Positions 50,601 through 61,801 of a stretch of DNA of 64,000 nt are shown piece by piece. The notes beneath the pieces were generated by a model, which saw only the letters and a program-made list of their open reading frames with translations, did no database searches and was not told where the DNA came from. The first letter of the stretch is position 1. Each line of letters opens with the position of its first letter. The translations under genes and the position numbers were made by a program. This DNA is from Podarcis bocagei (Eukaryota): the NCBI GenBank assembly GCA_964188305.1, contig OZ076893.1; one strand, written 5' to 3'.

Positions 50601-52772
50601 ATTTTGGCCATTGTATCTATTTTGTTCATTGTGCTGTCCACCATTGCTTTGTCACTCAACACTCTACCTGAGCTTCAAGTAATTGATGAATTTGGACAAC
50701 TAAATGACAACCCCCAGCTAGCACATGTAGAAGCTGTGTGTATAGCTTGGTTCACTATGGAGTACCTTTTGCGTTTCCTGTCATCTCCAAACAAGTGGAA
50801 GTTCTTCAAAGGTCCATTAAATGTGATTGACTTGCTGGCCATTTTACCCTACTATGTCACCATTTTCCTCACAGAATCCAACAAAAGTGTGCTGCAGTTC
50901 CAAAATGTCCGCCGTGTTGTTCAGATATTCCGTATTATGAGGATACTCAGGATCCTTAAACTTGCCAGACACTCGACAGGCCTTCAGTCTTTAGGATTCA
51001 CACTCAGGAGGAGTTACAATGAATTGGGTTTATTGATATTATTTTTAGCAATGGGCATCATGATATTTTCCAGTCTTGTATTTTTTGCTGAGAAAGACGA
51101 AGATGCTACAAAGTTTACTAGTATCCCTGCATCATTTTGGTGGGCCACCATCACTATGACTACAGTAGGCTATGGTGATATATATCCTAAGACTTTACTA
51201 GGTAAAATTGTTGGAGGATTGTGTTGCATTGCTGGAGTGCTGGTAATTGCTCTACCTATTCCCATCATAGTAAACAATTTCTCTGAGTTTTATAAGGAGC
51301 AAAAACGGCAGGAGAAAGCCATTAAACGAAGGGAGGCACTTGAGCGAGCAAAAAGAAATGGAAGCATTGTCTCAATGAATCTAAAAGATGCCTTTGCCCG
51401 CAGCATGGAACTGATTGATGTAGCCGTGGATTCCGGTAAGACTGAGGAAGCAGCCAACTCCAAGGAAACCCCTGACGATAACCACTTATCTCCAAGCCGG
51501 TGGAAATGGGCCAGAAGGACAATGTCTGAAACAAGTTCTAACAAGTCCTTGGAGAATAAATATCAGGAAGTGAGCCAGCAAGATACCAACGAAAAGCTCA
51601 ACAATATTGTTACAGCCTCCAGCCCCCAACACTTGAGTGCTCAGAAACTCGAAATGTTATACAATGAAATTACTAAAACTCAGTCTCAGCCTAATCTCAA
51701 TGCCAACTACCAAGGCCCGTCAGCGAAACCTCCCTTATATGAGGAGGAAATTGAAATGGAAGAGGTTGTTGGGCAAGGAGAACCATCCATGTCAGGGAAA
51801 AGAGACATAGTGACGGACATGAGAAGCATTTCCAGCATTGATAGCTTTGCCAGCTGTGCAACCGATTTCACTGAGACAGATCGGTCTCCCTTGCCCCCAT
51901 ACTCTGGTTCTCACCTGCAGCTAAGGTTCCCACCTGACTCTGTCCATTTGGAAGACCAAAGAGCAAAGAGTTCTCAGTTTTTATCACACACCAAGGATAA
52001 AACGTTTGCCCCCAGAGACGTCACCTTTGAGTACTCCCCAGTTGATACAGCCATGAACATGGATAACGCTGGCTCCCAGTCTCTTCTTCATGGCCCTTTG
52101 CACTTTGACAGCTCCATGTTAAGTCCCAAAAGTTCTCTCAAAGGAAGCAATCCATTAAAAGCAAGGTCCCTTAAGGTTAATTTTAAGGAAAACAGAGGTG
52201 GCGCTCCACAAACGCCACCGAGTACTGCAAGGCCACTTCCAGTAACAACGGAGGCAGATTTCATGCAATCCACCCCTCCTCAGCATATCAGCACCATTCT
52301 CTTAGAAGAGAATTCACCACATGGCGACAGGCCCTTGCTGGGTGCTGATGCCTCCATGGTTTGCCAGAGCATTCCTAAGAAATCATCCCCTTCTCTGTTT
52401 CCAAAACAAAAGCTTTTTACTTTCCCTTCCAAAGAGAGGAGAAGCTTCACCGAAATGGACACTGGAGAAGAAGACGACTTCATGGAGATTCCTGGAATAA
52501 CAAGACATGACAAAGAGCAGGATATCAAGACAAACTGCTATGGGGAAAAACACAAAGATGGGAACCATTTAACAGAAGAGCCTCGAGTCAGCTCTTCTTC
52601 CCCCAAAATTTTGGGGCAAAACTGTACACAAGACATTTACTGTGTCGGGGGGGATGTAAAAGGCGACAATAGCCAAGAAGGTCACAAAATGGAAAACCAC
52701 TTGTTTCCCCCAGAAATCCATACAAATCCTGGAGAAACTGGCTACTGTCCCACACGGGAAACCAGCATGTGA
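50601..52772 (+). CDS. KCNB2: Terminal coding exon of Kv2.2 (Shab-related voltage-gated potassium channel); 723 codons + stop, phase 0
   Basis: Translation [26 protein letters not shown]...; S4 [21 protein letters not shown]; pore TVGYGD (51162-51179); S6 PIPIIVNNF (Kv2-type PIP); PRC motif [12 protein letters not shown]; C-terminus [10 protein letters not shown] is KCNB2-type rather than KCNB1. The N-terminal T1 exon is outside the window. Confidence 0.97.
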   Translation: MLAIVSILFIVLSTIALSLNTLPELQVIDEFGQLNDNPQLAHVEAVCIAWFTMEYLLRFLSSPNKWKFFKGPLNVIDLLAILPYYVTIFLTESNKSVLQFQNVRRVVQIFRIMRILRILKLARHSTGLQSLGFTLRRSYNELGLLILFLAMGIMIFSSLVFFAEKDEDATKFTSIPASFWWATITMTTVGYGDIYPKTLLGKIVGGLCCIAGVLVIALPIPIIVNNFSEFYKEQKRQEKAIKRREALERAKRNGSIVSMNLKDAFARSMELIDVAVDSGKTEEAANSKETPDDNHLSPSRWKWARRTMSETSSNKSLENKYQEVSQQDTNEKLNNIVTASSPQHLSAQKLEMLYNEITKTQSQPNLNANYQGPSAKPPLYEEEIEMEEVVGQGEPSMSGKRDIVTDMRSISSIDSFASCATDFTETDRSPLPPYSGSHLQLRFPPDSVHLEDQRAKSSQFLSHTKDKTFAPRDVTFEYSPVDTAMNMDNAGSQSLLHGPLHFDSSMLSPKSSLKGSNPLKARSLKVNFKENRGGAPQTPPSTARPLPVTTEADFMQSTPPQHISTILLEENSPHGDRPLLGADASMVCQSIPKKSSPSLFPKQKLFTFPSKERRSFTEMDTGEEDDFMEIPGITRHDKEQDIKTNCYGEKHKDGNHLTEEPRVSSSSPKILGQNCTQDIYCVGGDVKGDNSQEGHKMENHLFPPEIHTNPGETGYCPTRETSM

Positions 52773-55370
52773 CTAGTCAGGAGAGCAATAATGACAAAAA
52801 CTGATTTCTTAAAACCACAATTAGTAATGCCTATGAACTAAAACATGGGAAGCCTCAGAAGTAAAAAAAAATATATATGTTATTTTTGCATGGCATGAAG
52901 AGTTGATTAGTTTAAGTACTGTTTAATTTAAAAGTGGAAAATCTGCTTTTTTTGTAACAAAAAAGGAGAAAAAAATCAGTTAAAAAAATGATGCAAGAAC
53001 AGTGAGTAAAATAAAGAGCTCTTTTAGGAGCCCATATTCTGCAATGTCTGACATTTTTGGTCCTTTCACTAATGATTGTAGATAAGTTTTTTTAAAAAAA
53101 TATTTTAACTTTTTTTGCTCTTGGTTATAATGAATTTTGGGAATTTGCACATGAAAGGATGAAATGCCGATGCATGTTTTCATAATGGTGTGAAACAAGG
53201 TGCTTTGAACCTGCAAAATGCATACATTTGTAAATAGTTTGGGTTTGCGGGGAGATCTACAGTTATCAAGGATATGTGGAAAATACGTTTCCCGGGACAC
53301 AGGTACTTCCTTCACAGTTTGCTGCCTGGAGGATTTGTACAGACTTATGTTGCAAAATTGCAACTTCTTCTTAAAGCATCTCACCTATCTTGCTTTCTGT
53401 TTAAAAGCTCATAAAGTATAAGCTGTTTGTTTAAGTAAATGACAGTGTTTTCTCATCTATCTGTGAAGTAAATCATAGCTCAAATTATTTTTATTTGCAT
53501 AGATTTCACGGATATATTTGCAAGTTTTGAGTAAAATTCTATTTAGACTGTGCAAGATTTAATGACCAGAAATTGAAAACTTGATATAAGAACTGCCAAA
53601 ATCAAAACAAAGACAAGGACACCATTACGTTATATAATAAAATTATTTCTATGGCAATAAAATGTGCCAAATGGCCATGAAAAAATGATTATTTTATATT
53701 TAAAAGTTCAAAAGTTTGTATTACAGTTACAATTGCTGTATGCACTATTGTTAATATCTTATTTTTTTAAATGAAGTTTTTGTGGTTGTAAGTTTGCTTC
53801 TAAAATCTCTTTAGGAGTGCTGTGGCTTTTGTCCACCACTTCTTTACCACTAGGCGCCCCAATTTTAGATAACTTATTAATTTCAGAATACCAACATGAT
53901 TACTCTTTCTTGAATCACCAGACAAGGATTGCTGCTTTATGAGCAAAGTTGGAAAACTCAGAGTAGACAATCTTTTCATTGTGCCCAGCCTCTATTTCAA
54001 TTTTGCAAAAGTGGTGTTTTATACAGACTTTGCTGTGGGCAGTTTTGCGCTATCGGGTTTTTCATATCTAATTATTGCAATTAATTAACAAATTAACAAA
54101 ATCATTTGAAACTTCTGTGGATTTCTTCTTCTTCATGCTCTTCCATCACATGCATTCTATGTTAATCAATAGGATAAAAGCTCTCCTGCAATAAGATAAA
54201 ACAGCATGTGAACGGAACTTTCCAAATTGTGTACCTTTTACCCAAATTCCAATAATTTCAGTAGAATAATTATTTCTGTAAATTTAAAGAAGCTGTTCAA
54301 TGCATTAAAAATATTTTCAAATCACAAAACAATATTGGACCTAATAAGCTTAATAATTTTAATTTTCTAATAAAAACAATATTCTAATTTGGGGGGGAGA
54401 GTTCTTCAACATAAAACCTTACCCACTTACACTGATTTTACTCAGTGCAGACCACTTAAAATTCATGTTAGCTTCAACAGAATAATTTCTAATATAGCTG
54501 AGCAGAATTCAAAATTTCTCATATGCTTTCTTAAAGGAAATTTTCCTTTAATTTCCTTTCCTTTTTTCCTTTTTCCTTTTCCATTCTTTTTTCTATTTGG
54601 CTGCAAACAGCTTTCAAAGAGAAAACTGGGCCTTATCCTGTCGCCCTCAGGTTTTACTTTTATAAGGAAATGTCACCATCATGTATTTAATATGTGTCTT
54701 TTGGACCAAATACCAAGCACAGCAAAAGTCATCTTTATTTTTTTCCAATTCTTAGACCCTTTTTAATACTTGCCTTTGTTTTTAAATACAGTATCTCCAG
54801 ATATTTCTCTTAAGAATTAATAATGCAGTTAAATGTCATTTCTTAAAAAACAAAAAACAATGTCTGGTCATTAGGTCTCAAAATATGCATTTGTTCCTCA
54901 TGGCTGTCCAGGTAATTATATTTCTGCATATGATTTAAGTTAATTATGTGGCATTCTGCTTAATCCTTTTCAATGACCTCCATTTTATTTTATGAACTTC
55001 CTTTGTTTATGTCTCTTGTTTTATTGATAGATATTCCCATTGACTGAGACTAAATGCTAACTAGCTTTTAAAAGACATTGCTCTGTAATTTCTGTACTTT
55101 TTAAACACCATGCTGCCCTATTTGATCTGTCTTCATAATGACGACCATATAAAGAACAAAACCAAAGGCTAAATGAAACCTTGGGCTTCGGTTGAAAATG
55201 GGAAGTTGGTCACTGATTTCAATGAAATCCTAGTTTCATTCATAATCCTTACCCAGGGAAAACACTTGTTGGCTACCATGACTGTTCTATCATGAGCTAT
55301 AGGTGGAAGGATCCAAAGCTAAAATATGCTCTTTTCATATGTAATAAACTATTCCTATCTTCAGAGCCCT
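52773..55370 (+). other. KCNB2: Proximal KCNB2 3' UTR (AT-rich, essentially free of recognisable transposons); true end uncertain
   Basis: Follows the stop; AATAAA at 53010, 53636, 53656 and 55343; TGCATG at 52887 and 53171; TGTAAATA at 53229. Confidence 0.65.
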
Positions 55371-55840
55371 GCTGATGTACCATATGAGATACATGTTGAT
55401 GTTCCTTCCCCTTGGCTAGTACTGGCTTCGGTCTACATATGTGTCAAGACTTTGGATTGTATCCGGTGTTAGTGATACTCAGAATAGACATTGAAATTAA
55501 TGAACATGACTTAGCTTAGGTCCATTTATTTTATTGGGTCTATCCTGAATAAAACTTAGTTGGATACAACTTTTTGTCTCCCAAGCTACGTCCATTAAGC
55601 AATAATTTGGAAGCCCTTTGCTACTGGATACAAAAATGTTCTAAGCTTATCTGAATCTGACCTCACATATGTTGTTAGGAGTAATTCCATTTGTGCCACA
55701 CACAAAAATGATCATTAACACATATAAAGGGTAAGAAACATTGTGTCCTCTTCCTAAAATGGGTTTAAGAACCGAAGCTTTACTAAAGATAGCATACCAT
55801 CCAGATAGCCTGTAAGCAACTATATGTTCTACACTTAGTC

Positions 55841-55976
55841 TAGGGTAGCGAATGTGGTGCTCAAGTGATGTTGTTGGACTCCAACTCCCATCCACCCCTG
55901 TCGGCATTGTCAGTAGTAAGAGATTATGGGAACTCTAGTCCAGCAACATGCGGAGGGCACCATGTTGGCTACCCTG
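55841..55976. mobile_element. Palindromic hAT-type MITE
   Basis: agggtagcgaatgtggtgc ... gcaccatgttggctaccctg inverted ends. Confidence 0.78.
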
Positions 55977-56109
55977 AGATAGAGTGTTCCTTTCTATCTT
56001 ATGGAACAACAACATCTGACATCACATTACCACTCCATGTTCATTATGGTTCTACAACATCACATAAGTCATTGTTTGTACTTCAAAAGCAAACTCAAAT
56101 TACAGGTAA

Positions 56110-56172
56110 AAAAAACAGTGGCACCTTAAAGACTAACAGAATTTTATTATGGCATCAACTTTGTGTCCTGAC
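56110..56172 (-). mobile_element. Penelope-like end fragment
   Basis: cagtggcaccttaaagactaac...tattatggcat resembles 29187-29230. Confidence 0.55.
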
Positions 56173-56956
56173 TAATGCATAGTTTTGGTAACAGCATTTC
56201 CAGTATTTGGTCACAGTAAACTTGGAAAGGAAAGGAAAGGAAAGGAAATGGAAAACAACCCTCACACTACCGGAAGAAACACAGCAACAAGAGGGAGAAG
56301 GAAAGGCAGAGTACCTGTGAGTACCTAAGGCATGTTTAAAAACATACTACTGCTATGTTTAATTACCTTTTACTTGTATAATAAGGTAACTATTGTCACA
56401 AAAGTCAATGTTAAGACTTTTGTTCCAACCCTATATTGCTTGCCCATCCACCACTATTCTTGAAACCAACATAAAAAATCCCATTCATTGCTGTTTGGGG
56501 ATTGCCTGCTAAGACTGCCATCCTCTGGCTAGCTTCACCAACTGACTCCAAGTGTGATGTAGCCAGAAATGGTTGCATACTAAGAATTTAGCAAGGATGC
56601 TCTTCTAGCTATATGACATTATAAGATAACAGTATATATTTTAGCAGTGCTAGTCTAGGGTTCTCTTCTGCCCCATTTTCCTAAAGGGGAGACAAATGTA
56701 TTCAAATATGCTAAGGGATATATTTAATAACCTGTGACTCTTTGCCACAAGTTTTCCAAAGCAACTCATTTCTCTCTACTCAGCTGATCACTGATTTGAC
56801 ACTTGATCACTGATTTGGCTTTGTTCTGTGATAACTGGGAGGTGGTGTTGCTGGCAACTCACCAAGCCGAGTTCGGCTGTGTACAATTGATAAATAGCTT
56901 GTCAGAGACTTGGAAGCGTTATTGTTCAGCAAACATTGCCAGTGGTGGACACATTC

Positions 56957-57032
56957 ACTTTTTGTGCCCCACTTTGATGTTCAAACCAAGTTTACTTTTT
57001 GTGTCCCACTTTGATGTTCAAACCAAGTTTAC
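56957..57032 (+). repeat. ~37-bp tandem duplication
   Basis: ctttttgtg(c/t)cccactttgatgttcaaaccaagttta x2. Confidence 0.92.
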
Positions 57033-57839
57033 ACCTTTCTGTAGTGATATGTGATGTGCTTAATGCAGTTTAATACAAAGACTTTCTCAGGGACAAAAAG
57101 AATTTGCACTGAATTATTCCAGTGAAGCAGCTGCAGAAGCTTGCTTACATTACAGCGGTCTGCCTAAGCTTCATTGGGTTCAAGTTCAATTGCAGCCTTA
57201 CAAAACAATCCAGCCCCTCAAACCTGGCCTGCTGTGATGGAGAGAGTATGGATGTGGCAGAAGTGTCCCTCTGCTTAGCTCTGCTGGCAGCATCCTTCAC
57301 CTGTTCCCCTGGGACCTGCTGAAAGCACAGACAGGTAGACGCTACCACCTCTGGTATCCCTGCCAGTGGTAACTAGTAGAAGCTCCTGAAATGGGACATT
57401 TCTGGGGAAGGGAGGGGTGAGAAAGGAATGGAGCTGGGTCAGCCAAGGATTTTCTGGATCCAAAACCAGTCCAGGTACCAGCAGTGACTTTAATTTGGGC
57501 CTCTCTGCTATACCAGAGCAGGGGGAGGGATTGCCCTCACTTATCACCCCGGACAGCATGAGAGGCAGGTGCTTTGAATGTGGCGGCTCCTCTCCTCCCA
57601 GGAGGGAGTTAGGATGGTTCCCTTAGTGGGTTTCATGCTCTTAATTTGTTTTTGGAACAAGGCAGTGCAAATTTATTTATTTATTTTAGCCCAGAAAGAC
57701 TATACTTTGCAATTGTCTTGAGCACAGCGCATATAAAAAAAATTCCTCCCCAAATCAGCACCCATTTGGCTTCCTTCCTTTTCCAGCTTTTTCATGTTGG
57801 GATGCTGCCCGCCCCCATTTCCTGCAGGTTTCTGTAGCA

Positions 57840-57975
57840 CAGGCTTCCTCAAACTCGGCCCTCCCAATGTTTTTGGCCTACAACTCCCACAATCCCTAGC
57901 TAGCAGGACCAGAGGTCAGGGATGATGGGAACTATAGTCTCAAACCATCTGGAGGGCTGAGTTTGAGGAAGCCTG
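57840..57975. mobile_element. Young palindromic hAT-type MITE, 136 bp
   Basis: TIR CAGGCTTCCTCAAACTC perfect for 17 bp (24/25 extended); TSD CTGTAGCA / CTGTGGCA. Confidence 0.93.
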
Positions 57976-58654
57976 CTGTGGCACATCAAGCTGCAAAAGC
58001 CAAAGCAAGAGCACAGAAGTATGCCTAGCATTTTGTAATAGCTGGGGGTTTGTTTCAATGTGCTGACGCCTAAAGGCCACTTTCTTGTATCCCCCCCTGT
58101 GCCTGAGCACTTTGGGGACTTTTGTTTAGGGACTTGACTCTTCTCATTCCTCTTTTACATATGCATAAGTATCAAGCTATTAATCTTTGGTCGAGCCCAA
58201 TGTCATAGCAGCAGCGAAACGGAAGTTCTTCCAGATAAACAAATATGTGCATGCCACCTTGGCAGCTCACTTACTATGAGAAATATCAGAAGAACTGCAC
58301 ACACCCTTTCCCACCTTTGCTTCTTAAAGCACAGCACAAACACACAGAGAGAAAGGTGCCCTTAGGATCAACAAATCCCTGGAATGTAATGCAAATCACA
58401 TAACACACACACGTGTGACGTTCTTTCTGTTCATGCATGAATCTGTTTGGATCCTGGCCAACGCAGCCTCTCACCTTTATTATAACGAGTGAGCAATCTT
58501 CAAAGAGGACACAGTGGCTGGTCTAAGTGATTGCTCCGAGTGACACAGTGTAGCACTCAAAATACTGTTCATTAAGTGTCAAACTCTACTGAGACAGCAA
58601 GCAGTATTAGTTTGGAGGCAAGCACTTCTGTACACTCACATTATGTAACAAGGT

Positions 58655-58775
58655 GATCAGCCTTCCACAGTCTGGGGCCCTCCAGATACTGTTGGACTCC
58701 CATCAGCCTTAGCCAGCATGGCCAGTGGACAGGGATTATGGGAGTTGTAGTCCAAAAATATAGGCATAGGGCTGA
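58655..58775. mobile_element. Degenerate copy of the palindromic hAT-type MITE; further copies near 18195-18290, 42308-42436, 47320-47415, 50330-50432
   Basis: ggactcccatcagccttagccagcatggcc...gggattatgggagttgtagtcc. Confidence 0.7.
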
Positions 58776-60495
58776 TCAAAATCCAACTCCACAGAAGCCA
58801 CAGCTGGTCATAAAAGCAAATGGGCTGCTGCTCTCTTGGAGCTGCTTCTGATTTATAATAAACAAGACCACAACCTGCCTGCAGAGTGTTTTCTGCCCAT
58901 GTCTTAAATGTAAATGGCTACTACATAAGTGGACAATGATGGAGAATCAGCTTCTCAACCATGTATATTTATGTCCTGAAAAAAAGTGTGGATAGGCTTT
59001 TCTCCATATTGGGTGTTACATGAAATTATTATTTAGTTAATTTTTCCATTGTCTCCCTGTATGTTCACTTCATCATGCTGCTTACACAGGGTGTTTCAGA
59101 TTCGTTCTCACAAGGGATGGAGCCTTGGGTCCAGAGATTCCCACGTGAGGGCAGAAAGCACTTCTGTTCACCTTAAGGGTGCTGTTTTGCTTTTGAGAGC
59201 CCCCCCCCTGGAGTGGCTTCTACAGAGCAAGCTACAGCCAGATGAAAAATCAGCACAGCCGTATGTCAGTGGAAACACTTTCTGCTTGCACACAGGGACC
59301 TCTGAGTAAGCCAGCCCTCAAAAAGTAATATCCAAAACCAAACTGAAACTAAACGATCGGTTCATTTACTGTGGGTGCAGGCAAAGTGGTTTCCTGTCTG
59401 TCTAGGTCAGAGTATTGGAGAGAGAAAGAATTGCATCCCCACATCCCTGGGCGGAGGGCAGAGTTTTAGTGTTATTCCTCTATATATTCTCAGAGCTTTA
59501 GCCACGTTCATCATATGCAAGTCAGTGCCAGCCATGCAGATAAAAAACTAAACATTTAGAGATCAGTTTTCAGTAACAAACAGCACTCAGCACTTAGCCT
59601 GTTGCATTGAGATAACTGTAAATAACCACTCAATATGTACTGTTTCATGTTTATCAGTTAGATGTTATCTCCCATATTTGTTTCATATCTACAGTAGCAT
59701 GGACTGAGTTTACTTAACAATGTTTTCTTCTATGGATGCTACAAATACTGTGGTGGGGGAGGGAAGCACAACAGTATTTTTTTAAATTGTACTGGCACAA
59801 TAGCTGTGTCTTTACTATTGCTCAGTTTTCAACGGATGGCAGCATTTCACTGTAAACTGCTATATTAACAACTTATTCTCCTTTTTAAAAAACAAAGCAT
59901 CCTTTTGGGATAGGAGATATGTGCATATATGATAAGTCTCATCTAATCTCATTCATCTGCCTTTACAAAATGCCCCATCCAAAATGGGAGAGTCTGCTGC
60001 TTTTGTTGTATATATTACTTCTATTTTAGGGATGGAGCAGGACTGAAAATTACAGTGTTCTTGTAAGGGCATTTTGCAATGGTAACAGCATCATGCATGC
60101 TTTGTTGCATCTTTGTATTTACTAGAAATGTCTTGTTTTCACCTTTTATTTTTCTGTAGAGAGCATACCACTTTAACTCCCCACCCCCACCCCTCCGCTG
60201 TCCATCTTGCACCATTAATAGAACTTCACATATAATGGTATTCGTATCAGTGTTTCCATATCAGCTGCATTTTAACATCATGAAAAGGAAATGTGATTAT
60301 TTTTATTTTTTTGGTTATACTAGTTTTTTGCTGATCAGCTAAATATTTCTGCACCAATCAGCATTTAAATATGCATGTGGTAGTCTGTATTGTACAGTTG
60401 TTCAACATCAAAATACTTGTTTATTTTCTGTCAAATGTCTGTAAAATGAATGGCATTGTTCTCCATTTCAGTCTGCCAGAATAAGCAGAATAGTC

Positions 60496-60501
60496 AATAA
60501 A
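60496..60501 (+). terminator. Candidate distal polyadenylation signal
   Basis: AATAAA ending a ~0.95 kb AT-rich block with several TGTA motifs; TGTGTCT/T-rich sequence lies ~20 nt downstream. Confidence 0.45.
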
Positions 60502-61638
60502 TGTGTAAATGAATCATCTGTGTCTCATTTCAGTTCTCTGCATGAAGCCACTTTACATTAAACATTACATACATACCAAAATGTCAATCCATAAGTGACT
60601 TTGGGTTTCATTTTGGGGGGAAATAAACTTAAAACTTATTGGAAGAAATATACAGGATGATGATAGGATAAGAAAGGGTGTTTTGCATTGCTCATACTTT
60701 GCTTCAATAGCTAATTCATTCTCTTACAAGGCATCTCAGCCCAATTCTCCTAGGTTATGTCTGCATGAGTAGCCCCCTTTTTTACTTCTCCGTTCCACTA
60801 TAGATTGTCCCTTGTTGTATCTTGATTTTTTTCTATCGGTAGTTCCTGTCCTATACTGTTAGGTCTCACAAGTCTTAAATCAGTAACTTCAGGACGGCAT
60901 AATTTCCCTTGCTTGCTGCTTCCACAGCAAACACTTGGCTAGGAAGATAACCCACTGAGTGTCACTTCCACACCATATGTGTAAAGCACAAGGCTTCCCC
61001 CAAAGAATCCTGAGAACTGTAGCTTGTTAAGGGTGCTGGGAAATGCAGTTCTGTGCTGGTTAAACTTATGCACCGATTGGTTTAAAAGTAAAAAGACAGT
61101 CAGGTGCACTACTGGCAGCCTCTCTACATTCTTGTGGATACAAGAAAGCCCATCTGTTGATATTATGGGATTTTCTGCAAATGCAGGCACTCAGGAAGGC
61201 TGCAGAGTGCAGACCACTGGAGGGGTGATTTGCAGAATAAAATGAAGGATGCCCTCAAAGACTCCTTGTCAACTTTGAAAATAAGATAGGCACCCATCAC
61301 CTGTGAGAATTTCACCAACATTTTCAATCTCATCTTTGATTATTTTTTGAACACAATTTCTTTTTTCATTAATTACTAAAGATTTTTTTTTAAAAAAAGA
61401 GAGTAAAAAAGCAAAGTCAGCACAGCACATTTTGTAGCTGTTCCCCGAGTAGCATTGATGTGATTTTCAGTTTCTGTGGTGTCTTCCTGCTGCTACACCC
61501 TTCCTTTCCCATTTGCCTGTTCCTTCCTGCATGGCTAGCTGCATTCTTCTGCTTGGTCTGACTCTTTAGAACACAAATATTTTTGCTTTACCTGGGAACA
61601 CCGCTGACTTCCATCACTCCTAGGACTGCCTATGCAAG

Positions 61639-61801
61639 CAGTGGCAGACTTTGGGCTCTCAAATTTCAGCAGCGCCCTGTGCGATGCTAAAATTCAGTGC
61701 CCTCCTCCTTGCACTCTGTTCTACATCACTGCGGTGGCACCCCCTGCAGCATCGGCACACAGTGCAGCTGTACTGGTCGCGCTATCCTAAAACCACTTCT
61801 G
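61639..61801 (+). mobile_element. GC-rich MITE, same family as 8683-8847
   Basis: cagtggcagactttgggctctcaaatttcagcagcgccctgtgcgatgctaaaa...ccacttctg. Confidence 0.75.

Noticed and set aside
51290-52568. Antisense ORFs overlapping the KCNB2 exon
   Set aside because: Short shadows of the coding strand with no recognisable domain.
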